Below are positions 54,410 through 64,000 of a DNA stretch of 64,000 nt, piece after piece. Source of the DNA: Actinomycetota bacterium (GTDB lineage Bacteria; Actinomycetota; CADDZG01; JAHWKV01). The stretch is taken from contig JAHWKU010000007.1 of the NCBI GenBank assembly GCA_019347715.1, positions 8,349 through 72,348 on the forward strand, in the 5' to 3' direction. A model generated the notes under the pieces. That model did not search any database. It saw only the letters and a program-made list of their open reading frames with translations, and had not been told where the DNA came from. The position numbers were made by a program, and so were the translations under genes. Every line of letters begins with the position of its first letter. Position 1 is the stretch's first letter.

Positions 54410-55066
54410 ATGAAGCTGAACACCTTCTTGCCGCGAGTATCTCTCGGGCGTCTGTTCGGAAGGAGAGCACTGGCAGGCTTTCTTTCCGTCATGGCGGTCG
54501 GGATGCTCGCGGGAGCAGGTTGGCTGGCAGGCTACCCCTTCTATACCGACCTGCGAGCCGCGCAAGAGCAGAAGCGTCTCGCCGCCAGCTTCGAAACTGC
54601 TTCCCTCAAACACTCCTACCAGGAGCGTTCGTTCACAGAAGGAACGGCGCTAACGCGGATGGTCATCCCCAAGCTGAACCTCGACACGGTAGTTGTTGAG
54701 GGCGTCTCTTTGAAGGCGCTTGCCGCAGGAGCGGGACATTATCCTCGGACCCCGCTTCCAGGAGAACTAGGAAACGTCGGGATCGCCGGCCACAGGACGA
54801 TGAACGGCAAACCACTTTCGAACCTACAGAAGCTCGCTGCTGGAGACCGCATCGTTTTGATCACTCCCCTGGCGCAATTCACCTACGAAGTGATCCCGTC
54901 ATTCGATGGGCACGCCAATCCCTGGGTCGTGCACCCGAACGACATATCGGTGTTGCAGGCAACCGAAGAGCCCATGCTGACCCTTACCACCTGCCATCCC
55001 CGCGGCAGCGCGAAGCAGCGGATGGTGGTCAGAGCAAAGCTGGTGGGAACGGAGGGTATTGCATGA
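54410..55066 (+). CDS. srtE: Class E sortase
   Basis: N-terminal TM anchor, catalytic His region and TLxTC active site (LTLTTCHPRGS), followed by the conserved Arg. Confidence 0.88.
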   Translation: MKLNTFLPRVSLGRLFGRRALAGFLSVMAVGMLAGAGWLAGYPFYTDLRAAQEQKRLAASFETASLKHSYQERSFTEGTALTRMVIPKLNLDTVVVEGVSLKALAAGAGHYPRTPLPGELGNVGIAGHRTMNGKPLSNLQKLAAGDRIVLITPLAQFTYEVIPSFDGHANPWVVHPNDISVLQATEEPMLTLTTCHPRGSAKQRMVVRAKLVGTEGIA

Positions 55067-56154
55067 GAAGGCTGACGCTAGCGATCATTTGTCTTCTCAT
55101 CTGGGCCATCTCGGCTGGCACTGCCATGGCCGTGAACGACGTCACTCTTGAAGTAGTTCAGGCTCCGCCGACCGGGTCAGTCTTGAGAGGCGACGATCCA
55201 TTTCCCATAACAATGCGGGCAAGAGCAGATTCCAGCCTCAAATCGTTCAGTGTCCTAATTGCTCCGGCGGAAAACCCCCGGCCGGGCATGGAGGTAGTCG
55301 GCGGATCGACGAGCGGGTCATGGCCCACAGGGGCGAAGACCTCCGAGACACTCTCCGTTTCCTGGAGCACCAAGAATGTTACTCCGTACAACGGTCTCTA
55401 CAGGATCATCGCTACTGGCGAATCTCATGTCGGAGGGACCAAGACGATCCGCCTCGATGGCTACGCGGTCGACAATCTCCCAATCGCCGTTTCGGGCATC
55501 GTGTCCGAGATAAAGGGAGATGATCCGTCTCTCAATTGGCAGGCAAACAGCGAGATCGACCTGATCAGCTATCGCGTCTATCGCGCAGTCGGTTCTTCAA
55601 GTTATAAGAACGTTTCCGTCACCACTACGACGGCATATACAGATAAAGAGGCTCCCAAAGATGTCGAATTGAAGTACTACGTGACTGCCACCAGAAGAAG
55701 TGTCGTGGCAAACCAAGGATGGGTAGAATCTGCGCCATCCAAAGCCACCTCGTTCTTCATCCCCCTTCCCCAATCCAATGCCCAGCCGACGGTCTCGGCC
55801 CCACAGGAGGCACCGGCACCTCCGCCGATTCCGAACGTCGAGGCTCGGCCCGCAGGCAAAATCGTTCACCATGGTTTCGGAGAACTGATTCCATATGGGA
55901 CAGTCGATGACTCCCTGCCCAAGGTCCCGGCGCCACTCTCCCAGCAAGAGGGTCCTGCGATCCTCCAGCCCAGGTTGAAGTCGCCGGCTCCCATTTCACT
56001 CCCCCAGGTCTACAAACCGCCGTTTTTCGCCGCGGCCCTGCTCATGATCGCGGGGGCCGCGCACATAGGCAGGCTTGCGATATCGATGTTCGTTGATGGG
56101 GAAAAGCGAAGACCTATCGATGGGCATCAAGCAGAACCCGCTTCATCTGTCTAA
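55063..56154 (+). CDS. Secreted/cell-surface protein with a fibronectin-III-like segment and C-terminal hydrophobic anchor
   Basis: Signal peptide MRRLTLAIICLLIWAISAGTAMA, an FN3-like β-rich middle, a Pro-rich spacer and a C-terminal TM helix. No canonical sortase motif. Confidence 0.5.
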   Translation: MRRLTLAIICLLIWAISAGTAMAVNDVTLEVVQAPPTGSVLRGDDPFPITMRARADSSLKSFSVLIAPAENPRPGMEVVGGSTSGSWPTGAKTSETLSVSWSTKNVTPYNGLYRIIATGESHVGGTKTIRLDGYAVDNLPIAVSGIVSEIKGDDPSLNWQANSEIDLISYRVYRAVGSSSYKNVSVTTTTAYTDKEAPKDVELKYYVTATRRSVVANQGWVESAPSKATSFFIPLPQSNAQPTVSAPQEAPAPPPIPNVEARPAGKIVHHGFGELIPYGTVDDSLPKVPAPLSQQEGPAILQPRLKSPAPISLPQVYKPPFFAAALLMIAGAAHIGRLAISMFVDGEKRRPIDGHQAEPASSV

Positions 56155-56776
56155 CGGCACCGGCTGGGTCCTGCGCTTCGGTAACTGCTCGCAGCACTGA
56201 TACCCGGAGTGCGCCAGCTGCGACCGCCTCAGGCAGGGTCTTCAGATCGATGCCGCCGATCGCGTAAAAGGGAATAGAGGATCTATCCGCGGCAAACTCC
56301 ACTAACTCGTATCCGACCGCAGGCCGCCCCGGCTTAGTCGGTGTGGCGTGGACGGGGCCAACGCCGATGTAATCCGCGCCGCTTTTCTGCGCATCCAGAA
56401 TCTCGCCGGAAGAGTGCGTGGAGAGACCGATGATTGGGCCATCTCCAAGAAGTTTTCTTGCCGCCTCGATCGGAAGGTCATCCTGACCAAGGTGCAGCCC
56501 GTGTGCTCCCGATGCGACGGCGAGGTCGGCGCGATCGTTCAGGACAAAGATCGCTCCGAACTCCTCTGCCCTGCGGCGCGCAGTCTCCGCATGTCTCAAC
56601 AGAGCAGCGTCTTCTAAGTCCTTTTCTCTGAGCTGAACCATATCTACCCCAGCTTCGAGTACTCGAGGCAGAAAGTCATCGAGATGGACTCCCCCAGGCT
56701 CCGATGGAGTCACCAGATATAGAAGGGCACGGTCCAGACGGTCACGAATGTCCATGTGAGAGAGGATAGTCGTCAT
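56114..56776 (-). CDS. thiE: Thiamine-phosphate synthase
   Basis: …LYLVTP… …VQLREKD… …GAHGLHLGQDD… …GLSTHS… …YIGVGPVHATPTK… The track ORF N-terminal extension to 57262 is spurious. Confidence 0.88.
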   Translation of the reverse strand: MTTILSHMDIRDRLDRALLYLVTPSEPGGVHLDDFLPRVLEAGVDMVQLREKDLEDAALLRHAETARRRAEEFGAIFVLNDRADLAVASGAHGLHLGQDDLPIEAARKLLGDGPIIGLSTHSSGEILDAQKSGADYIGVGPVHATPTKPGRPAVGYELVEFAADRSSIPFYAIGGIDLKTLPEAVAAGALRVSVLRAVTEAQDPAGAVRQMKRVLLDAHR

Positions 56777-57551
56777 GAATCGAGCGTTCGGAATCACTGC
56801 TACCGAGGACAGGAAGGCTGCGGAAGCCGTGGCCCTCGCGGCCGAGGAAGCTGGATATTCTGCGATCTGGACCAACGACGGCGTCGCCGACGGCGTCGCG
56901 ACGGCTTCATGGATGGCAGGGGTCACCGATCGGATCGGTGTCGGCATCGGAGTGGTGGCATGCGACCGTATGCCGGCGGCCGATCTGGCAGAGAAGGTTA
57001 AAACCGTTGCTCTCCCCCTCGATCGATGCGTGGTCGGGATCGGTTCGGGCTTCTCGTCTAACCCCATCGAGGACGTTCGCGCGGCAGTTGGGGTGCTGCG
57101 AAGCACGTTCGGCGATGACATGACGATCGCGGTGGCGGCCATGGGCCCCCGCATGTGCCGCCTGGCGGGAGAGATATCCGATGTCGTTCTTCTCAACTGG
57201 ATGACGCCGCAGAGAATCGCTTGGGCCCGGGGCAGGATTTCGGATTCAGCCAAAGGCCGCACCTCCGAGCCGAGGGTGGCGTCCTACGTACGTGTCGCCA
57301 CTGGGGCCGGCGCGGCCGGCAGGATCTCGGCCGAAGCAAGCCGCTATGCATCCATACCTCATTACGCCTCGCACTTCAGTGCGATGGGAAAGAGGCCGGG
57401 AGAAGTCGGCATCGCCGGTGACTCTGGGGAGCTGGAAACCTCCCTGAAGGAATACGAAGAAGTCCTCGACGAGTTAGTTGTGAGAGGAGTGCCGGCATCG
57501 GGCGACGTGCAATCGACGCTCGAGATCGTCCGAGCCGCCTCGGGCAGGTGA
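56775..57551 (+). CDS. Luciferase-like (LLM-class) flavin/F420-dependent oxidoreductase, short form
   Basis: MNRAFGITATED…AVALAAEEAGYSAIWTNDG… TIM-barrel LLM N-terminus. The stop overlaps the thiO start (ATGA). Confidence 0.65.
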   Translation: MNRAFGITATEDRKAAEAVALAAEEAGYSAIWTNDGVADGVATASWMAGVTDRIGVGIGVVACDRMPAADLAEKVKTVALPLDRCVVGIGSGFSSNPIEDVRAAVGVLRSTFGDDMTIAVAAMGPRMCRLAGEISDVVLLNWMTPQRIAWARGRISDSAKGRTSEPRVASYVRVATGAGAAGRISAEASRYASIPHYASHFSAMGKRPGEVGIAGDSGELETSLKEYEEVLDELVVRGVPASGDVQSTLEIVRAASGR

Positions 57552-58692
57552 TGTCTATGCCAGAGAAGAACTTCGACTGCGTCATCGTGGGCGGCGGCGT
57601 CATCGGGCTGGCCATCGCGTGGCGGATCTCTCAACTCGGACTGAGTGTCGCGCTGCTCGAGCGCCATCACCCTGCCCTCGCCGCTTCTTGGGTGGCTGCT
57701 GGGATGCTGGCGCCGGTCACGGAAGTTAGCTACGGAGAAGAAGAGCTGCTTGCCTTCAATCTCGAGGCCGCGGCTCGCTATCCGTCCTTTGTCGAAGAGC
57801 TCTCTCGATCCTCTGGGATCACAGTGGAGCTCTCGAAGAATGGAACGCTATTCGTCGCCCTCGACCGCGATCAAAAAGAGGCGCTGGAAATGCTGTTCGA
57901 GTTCCAGTCATCGCTTGGCCTCGACGCCGAGTGGATCGGTGACGGCAAGCTTCGCGAGCTCGAATCCGGACTAAGGCCGTCGGCCAGAGCCGCGGTCCTG
58001 GCCAGAAACGATCGATCGATCGACCCAAGAGTGCTCACCGGAGCACTGCTCGAAGCGGCCCAGCGCGAGGGAACGCTCATATTTCCGGAGACCGAAGTCA
58101 CTTCGATCGCGATCCAGGGAGGTAATTGCACGGGGGTTCGTACCGCCTCGGGAGATGAGTTCAAGACGACCAACGTGGTGGTCGCCGCAGGGAGCTGGTC
58201 TGGATCCATCGAAGGCATGCCTGCAGAAATAAGAGAAAACCTCAGGCCAGTGAAAGGCCAGCTGATGCATCTCAAACCGGGAGGAGGACTTCCCGGCCCG
58301 GTCGAACACATCATTAGGACCGAAGAGATTTACCTTGTGCCGCGTGAGGACGGATCCATCGTCGCGGGAGCATCCGTCGAGGAGAAGGGGTTCGACACGA
58401 CCATTACCGCCGGAGAGATCTACGAGCTTCTCCGCTCTGCCGACGAAGCAGTGCCGGGCATCCGGGAGATGGAGCTTGCGGCGACCATCAGCGGGCTGCG
58501 GCCCGGCACTCCAGACAACCGGCCGCTCATCGGTCCGACTTCCATCGATGGGTTGGTGGCGGCTACGGGCCATTTCCGCAACGGCATCCTTCAGACTGCC
58601 GTCACCGCGGATGCCGTTGCCAGATTTGTTGTGAAAGGCGAGGCCCTTCCAGAGATGAAGCGTTTTCACCCCGAGCGGTTTGCAGTCGCCAA

Positions 58693-58696
<4 letters not shown>
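57548..58696 (+). CDS. thiO: Glycine oxidase ThiO
   Basis: FDCVIVGGGVIGLAIAWRISQLGLSVALLER dinucleotide fold, DAO family, directly upstream of thiS-thiG. Confidence 0.88.
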
Positions 58697-59686
<990 letters not shown>

Positions 59687-59691
59687 CCCCC

Positions 59692-60384
59692 TCAGCCCCA
59701 ACCCTTCGCTCTCCTAGAAGCCTTCATCTCTCTTATGAATTTCTTCCAATCCGACGACTTGATCGAGAAGAGCGCATCGGTCACAAGCTGCAGAACTCCG
59801 ATCGCCGCCAGGGCGAGAGCAACCCATCGAGAGACTCCTGCGACGACGGCGAAGGGGATCAATGCGAATGGAAGGATCTTGGTGACAACGGCGCCAGAAG
59901 CATGGAAGAGAGCGCGTTTTCGAGGAGCGACTAGAAGGTAGGTGGAGTAGTCCACTTTCGCTCCGGGCCGCGGGGGCGGCGGGCCACCCAGAAAGAAGTG
60001 GGTGAACCTCATTCCCATGGCCCTTCCGACCACCCAATGGGCAAGGCTATGGGTCGAAACGAGCAGCCCGCCGAACCCTCCCAGAAAAAAGAGGTCTGCG
60101 AGCACTCCCTGCATCCGGTCTGCCGCTACGAGAAGAACAATCCCGGCTGCCGTCCCCGTGCACAAGACCGCAACTCCGAAGCCTGCTGGAATCTTCAGCC
60201 TGACCGCGGCCGAGAACGCCTCCGCATCGATCTCTCCGACCTCTGCAGCGAATCGCTGCGCGAGGACCCGGTCTGCTCGGATGCGGCGAACCGCTTTCCA
60301 GAAGCCCGTTCCTTCGAGGCCGCTGCCGGAAACCAGCGAGGTGCGGGCTCTTTGGAGCGCGGTCTGGATCTCTTCGGCGTTCAT
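59692..60384 (-). CDS. Hypothetical integral membrane protein
   Basis: 230 aa with ~5 TM helices, translationally coupled (ATGA) to the upstream TetR-like gene. Confidence 0.5.
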   Translation of the reverse strand: MNAEEIQTALQRARTSLVSGSGLEGTGFWKAVRRIRADRVLAQRFAAEVGEIDAEAFSAAVRLKIPAGFGVAVLCTGTAAGIVLLVAADRMQGVLADLFFLGGFGGLLVSTHSLAHWVVGRAMGMRFTHFFLGGPPPPRPGAKVDYSTYLLVAPRKRALFHASGAVVTKILPFALIPFAVVAGVSRWVALALAAIGVLQLVTDALFSIKSSDWKKFIREMKASRRAKGWG

Positions 60385-61061
60385 CTTGCGGCCCCCAGCA
60401 TCGGCTCGAGGATCTCCGAGATCTTCTCAGCGGTTTGGAACATCTCCTCAGCCCGAGAGTGGTCTCCGTCGAGGTGATCGAGAAGGTCAACACCCAGATA
60501 GAGAGCGACCACGGCAAATGCCACCGTTCTTGGAGGAAGCAACGACGCAAAAGGGGTTCCTTGCAGGACTTTGCGAATCATCTCTTCTGCGAAGTCGATC
60601 CAGGGCTCCATTGCCCTAACAACCTCCGGCCCGAGGTCCGGACGGGACAGACTCCCGGCGATCATCTCGGACAGCACGGTTATGTGCCCTGCCTCGAGGT
60701 CTTCCTGATAGATCCTGCTCGCTATCCCGACAAGGTCGGAGATGCTGTTCGCCTCAGCAACCATCGAGCGGTAGCGGGCCATCCTGTCGGTACTGGTTCG
60801 GTCGAGCGCGGCCAGAAGAAGATCTGACAACGTTCCGAAGTGATAGAAGATGAGCGCCTGGTTGAATCCCCCGGTCCTTGCAATTGCTCTGGCGCTCGTC
60901 CCGGCAAATCCCTCAGCTCTAAGCGTTTGCAATGCAGCGACCACGATGCGCTCCTTGGTGGTGGTGGTGGTGGTGGTGGTGGCGGTCGGGCCCTCACCAC
61001 CGCTGACGTCTTGAGCATCTGCTTTGAGCATACGCTCAACCCTATCACGGTTTAGGATGCG
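60381..61061 (-). CDS. TetR-family transcriptional regulator with an N-terminal poly-Thr tract
   Basis: HTH …ALQTLRAEGFAGTSARAIARTGGFNQALIFYHFGT… preceded by TATTTTTTTT, which is encoded by (ACC)8 = (GGT)8 on the plus strand. Start at MLKADAQD…. Confidence 0.75.
   Translation of the reverse strand, partial: RILNRDRVERMLKADAQDVSGGEGPTATTTTTTTTKERIVVAALQTLRAEGFAGTSARAIARTGGFNQALIFYHFGTLSDLLLAALDRTSTDRMARYRSMVAEANSISDLVGIASRIYQEDLEAGHITVLSEMIAGSLSRPDLGPEVVRAMEPWIDFAEEMIRKVLQGTPFASLLPPRTVAFAVVALYLGVDLLDHLDGDHSRAEEMFQTAEKISEILEPMLGAAR
60957..60986. repeat. Trinucleotide microsatellite (GGT)8GGCGGT within the TetR coding sequence
   Basis: Read directly: ggtggtggtggtggtggtggtggtggcggt. Confidence 0.9.
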
Positions 61062-61064
61062 CCG

Positions 61065-61640
61065 GTGACGGGGTTTACGATCGGGTGGATTGCCGCGGCC
61101 ATATGGCTTCTCGTAGCCGTTGGCCTCTGGTACCTCCACAACCACACCCCGAGGCATCCCTTCAAGAGCATCGGGCAGTTCCGGAAAGCCCGCCGCAAAC
61201 TCGCCGAGCCGATAGCAGCGCCACATACATCGATACGCCTCGTGGCTCCTTCGGCCCCCACGGCCTCGACAGCCCCGGATCAAGCTGCCGAGATCCAACT
61301 CGATGGCGAAAATAACGTCCCCTCCGAGCAAGACGAAGAACTGGTAACCCGAAGCAACGACTTCCCAGTTTCCGACGAGCAGCTCGCTCTCTTTCGCCCA
61401 TCGACCCCGGCTCAGGGCGCTCGGCCTACGCCGGACGAACCCGAGCTGGATGAGATCAACGAGGTGATCGAATCGGTAACTTCGGAAGAGCGCCCTCGGC
61501 GCAAATCAACCAGGCAGAGGACACAGACCGACACGCGCAAAAGACGCACTGCTGCCGCCGACAAACCGATCCGAAAGATAGGACGCCTCACCTACGTCGT
61601 CGTTGACGAAGAGGGGAAGCCGCAAGCAGATCCCAGGTAG
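61065..61640 (+). CDS. Hypothetical membrane-anchored protein with a charged, disordered C-terminal region
   Basis: N-terminal TM (IGWIAAAIWLLVAVGLWYL), then an acidic and then a basic low-complexity segment. Divergent from the TetR gene. Confidence 0.45.
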   Translation: MTGFTIGWIAAAIWLLVAVGLWYLHNHTPRHPFKSIGQFRKARRKLAEPIAAPHTSIRLVAPSAPTASTAPDQAAEIQLDGENNVPSEQDEELVTRSNDFPVSDEQLALFRPSTPAQGARPTPDEPELDEINEVIESVTSEERPRRKSTRQRTQTDTRKRRTAAADKPIRKIGRLTYVVVDEEGKPQADPR

Positions 61641-61649
61641 CATCCCGAA

Positions 61650-62579
61650 GTGGCGAAGAGTCCAAGCATCCAGATCGGCACGGCCTCGTGGACGGAAAAG
61701 ACTCTTATCCAGTCCGGCTTCTATCCCAAAGACGCCAAGTCGGCCGAAGCCAGGCTCAAACACTACGCCGGGGTCTTTCCGATAGTTGAGGTCGACTCGA
61801 CCTACTACTTTCCTCCTACGGAACGCAACTCCGTCTTATGGCTCGAGCGAACACCCGTACACTTCACATTTCACATCAAGGCATACGCACTTCTAACCAA
61901 ACATCCAACCCGTCCAAATTCCTTGTACAAGGACCTACAGGAGGCCGTACCGAACGAGCACCGGGGAAAGCGAAGGCTCTACCTCTCTCACTTGCCCGAC
62001 GACGTCATCGAAGAAGCATGGAAGCGTTTCGCCCAAGCCCTCATGCCCCTTCACTCCGCAGGCAAGCTCGGGATCGTTCACTTTCAGTTCCCTGAGTACT
62101 TCATACCTTCGAGCGAATCGCGCGACTACATCCTCGAATGCGCTGATCGGCTGAGCGAGTTCGGGATAGCAGTGGAGTTTCGAAACCGATCGTGGCTGAC
62201 GGGGAAGACTCAGGAAAGGACTCTGGAGTTTCTCCGAGAACATCAGATTCCGATCACGAGCGTCGACATGCCTCAGGGCTTTCGATCCAGCCTTCCTCCG
62301 CAGCCATTTGCAACCTCGGACAAGCTCTCATACGTACGCTTCCACGGCCGCAACGAGGAGAACTGGGAAAAGAAGCTGGCCGAAGCGACTATGCGCTTCG
62401 CCTACGAGTACTCAAAGCAGGAGCTAAAGGCATGGGTCCCTAAGATCCAGGAGCTGGCGGAGCAGTCAAAGCAGGTTCACGTCCTGATGAATAACTGCTA
62501 TCGCGACTACGCGGTCAACAACGCGACTCAGCTTGCAGGAATGCTCGGAGTCGAACTGGGACAAGACCCTGACAGTTAG
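61650..62579 (+). CDS. DUF72 (YecE-like) family protein
   Basis: IQIGTASWTEKTLIQSGFYP…YAGVFPIVEVDSTYY… is the DUF72 N-terminal signature. Confidence 0.8.
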   Translation: MAKSPSIQIGTASWTEKTLIQSGFYPKDAKSAEARLKHYAGVFPIVEVDSTYYFPPTERNSVLWLERTPVHFTFHIKAYALLTKHPTRPNSLYKDLQEAVPNEHRGKRRLYLSHLPDDVIEEAWKRFAQALMPLHSAGKLGIVHFQFPEYFIPSSESRDYILECADRLSEFGIAVEFRNRSWLTGKTQERTLEFLREHQIPITSVDMPQGFRSSLPPQPFATSDKLSYVRFHGRNEENWEKKLAEATMRFAYEYSKQELKAWVPKIQELAEQSKQVHVLMNNCYRDYAVNNATQLAGMLGVELGQDPDS

Positions 62580-63432
62580 CTCTCTTCGGATTCTCGCGTC
62601 CGCCCTCTTGATCGCGGTGACCGCGATCTGGGGGGTCACGTTCGTCATGGTCAAGGAGGCCATAGAGAAGGTTCCTCCCTTTGAGTTCCTGGCGATCAGG
62701 TTCATCATGGCGGCAGCGATCCTCGCCATCGTATTTCCCCGCCGGGCCGCGGCCGTGCGTAGAACATCGCTGACCGCCGGCGCGATCGCCGGGGCGGCCC
62801 TGGGGGCCGGTTACGCCTTCCAGACCGTTGGACTTCAGTACACGGGTGCGACGAAAGCTGGGTTCATTACCGGGCTCGCCGTTGTTTTCACTCCTCCGCT
62901 CTCGGCCCGAGTTCTCAAAAGACCGCCGAGCCGTGCCGGAGTAATCGGAGTGGCGATCGCGGCCGCAGGTCTTGCGCTCTTGACGGCTGGGCCTTCGCTC
63001 AACTTCAACGCCGGTGATGGCCTCGTGCTCTTCTGCGCGGTATCGTTCGCCATCCACATTGTCGTGATCGGGAGATTCGCCCCTGCTCACGACCCAAGGA
63101 CGCTCACAATCGTCCAACTGGGCCTCTCTGGAATCGCCTTCTCTGCCATCGCAATTGCGGGTGAAGACCTGAAAGCTCCCGATTCCTCGGTGTGGATTGC
63201 TCTCCTCGTGACTGCCGTCGGGGCAAGTGCCGTTGCGTTCCTGGCTCAGACCTGGGCGCAGAGGCACCTCTCCCCCACCGCCACCGCAGTCACGTTCACG
63301 ATGGAGCCGGTGTTCGCGGGACTTGCAGGGTTCGCCCTTCTGGGCGAGAGACTTTCGGTGGCAGGATGGGTCGGAGCAACACTGATCCTCGGAGCGATGC
63401 TTCTTGCTACAACGAGGTCAGGAGACCGATAG
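62578..63432 (+). CDS. EamA/DMT-superfamily transporter
   Basis: Ten-TM protein with two EamA-like halves (…VTAIWGVTFVMVKEAIEKVPPFEFLAIRF…). Start uncertain: the track ORF begins at 62533 but overlaps the DUF72 gene. Confidence 0.75.
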   Translation, partial: SSLRILASALLIAVTAIWGVTFVMVKEAIEKVPPFEFLAIRFIMAAAILAIVFPRRAAAVRRTSLTAGAIAGAALGAGYAFQTVGLQYTGATKAGFITGLAVVFTPPLSARVLKRPPSRAGVIGVAIAAAGLALLTAGPSLNFNAGDGLVLFCAVSFAIHIVVIGRFAPAHDPRTLTIVQLGLSGIAFSAIAIAGEDLKAPDSSVWIALLVTAVGASAVAFLAQTWAQRHLSPTATAVTFTMEPVFAGLAGFALLGERLSVAGWVGATLILGAMLLATTRSGDR

Positions 63433-63993
63433 GGAGATCTGCTCCAGGGCGTACTCGATGTCCGAGGCAGAGATGTCGTGATGGGTGACCATCCTCACTG
63501 TCCCGGCCTGATAGGGAAGGAACTTCACCCCTCTCTCCGCAAGAGCCTCAGCGAAACCCTTGGGGTCGTATCCGAGCGGCTGGGTGGTGACCAGAACCAT
63601 GTTGGTCTCGACGTCGTCGGTCTCCACGGCCCCCTCCCGGATGCCGGCAATCCCCTCTGCAAGACGCTTTGCATTCTCATGGTCGTCGGCGAGCCGTTCG
63701 ATCATCGTATCCAGAGCAACATGGCATGCCGCAGTGAGAACCCCGACCTGTCGCATCCCTCCCCCGTGCATCTTGCGGAAACGGTGTGCTTTTTCGATAA
63801 GTTCCGACGACCCGACGACCATCGAACCAACCGGGCATCCGAGGCCCTTGGAGAAGCAAAAGGTCATCGTGTCCGCGACCGCGGCGTACTCTGCCACCGG
63901 GACGCTGGTGGCCACCGACGCATTGAAGATGCGGGCACCATCTAGATGGACGCTGAGTCCGTATTCGTCAGCCACCTTCCTTGCAGCCCTCAT
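63418..63993 (-). CDS. ltaE: Low-specificity L-threonine aldolase (PLP, beta-eliminating lyase family), C-terminal part; continues beyond the window
   Basis: …TFCFSKGLGCPVGSMVVGS… …HRFRKMHGGGMRQVGVLTAAC… PLP-lysine (FSKG) region. The ORF is open at the window edge. Confidence 0.8.
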   Translation of the reverse strand: MRAARKVADEYGLSVHLDGARIFNASVATSVPVAEYAAVADTMTFCFSKGLGCPVGSMVVGSSELIEKAHRFRKMHGGGMRQVGVLTAACHVALDTMIERLADDHENAKRLAEGIAGIREGAVETDDVETNMVLVTTQPLGYDPKGFAEALAERGVKFLPYQAGTVRMVTHHDISASDIEYALEQISLSVS

Positions 63994-64000
63994 GTCATCG

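Noticed and set aside
56776-57262. N-terminal 160-aa extension of the thiE track ORF
   Set aside because: It is Ala/Thr/Pro-rich low-complexity antisense to the LLM gene. ThiE homology starts at MTTILSHMDIRD.
56000-57600. TPP riboswitch for the thi genes
   Set aside because: There is no leader of adequate length, and I could not find the conserved TPP-aptamer core. See the thiamine-locus finding for the check.

Overview
This window is a high-GC (~65%) Actinobacteria-type chromosomal segment. It is densely packed with conserved housekeeping genes and has no transposases, integrases, CRISPR arrays or tRNAs that I could see. Gene order through the window is as follows.

- hisD, a membrane protein, dnaE1, a hypothetical protein, rluD, lspA, a DksA/TraR zinc-finger protein with a lysine-rich tail, then ileS on the opposite strand.
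- A membrane protein with a KKTTA-repeat tail, followed by the cell-division cluster divIVA-yggT-sepF-yggS-yfiH-ftsZ-ftsQ-murB-(murG~murC)-ftsW-murD-mraY-murF-murE-ftsI-ftsL-rsmH-mraZ.
- A hypothetical exported protein, an HNH endonuclease, an FAD-dependent oxidase, and the MoxR / DUF58 / transglutaminase triad.
- A MerR regulator and a DUF3040 protein, then a small ORF, dnaE2 and an active dinB downstream of two SOS-box-like sites.
- An ABC exporter, a MarP-like CvpA-protease fusion, a MrfA-like DEXH helicase with DUF1998, an orphan GAF histidine kinase, SufT and an amidohydrolase.
- A sortase-E locus with a LAxTG substrate.
- A thiamine locus with thiE divergent from an LLM-oxidoreductase-thiO-thiS-thiG unit.
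- A TetR-family regulator with a membrane protein, DUF72, an EamA transporter and a partial threonine aldolase.

The most unusual observations are listed below.

- murG and murC form one uninterrupted 830-codon reading frame inside the dcw cluster.
- An SOS-box-associated cassette has a small unknown ORF, dnaE2 and a catalytically intact dinB, with no imuA or imuB.
- A well-signalled 42-codon membrane peptide lies between mraZ and rsmH.
- yfiH appears to use a CTG start that overlaps the ftsZ stop codon.
- Two proteins flanking ileS carry histone-H1-like Lys/Ala-rich tails.

All functional calls come from reading the translations by eye (motifs and synteny). No database search was run. My coordinates may be off by ±1 in places, and I followed the supplied ORF track where they disagreed.
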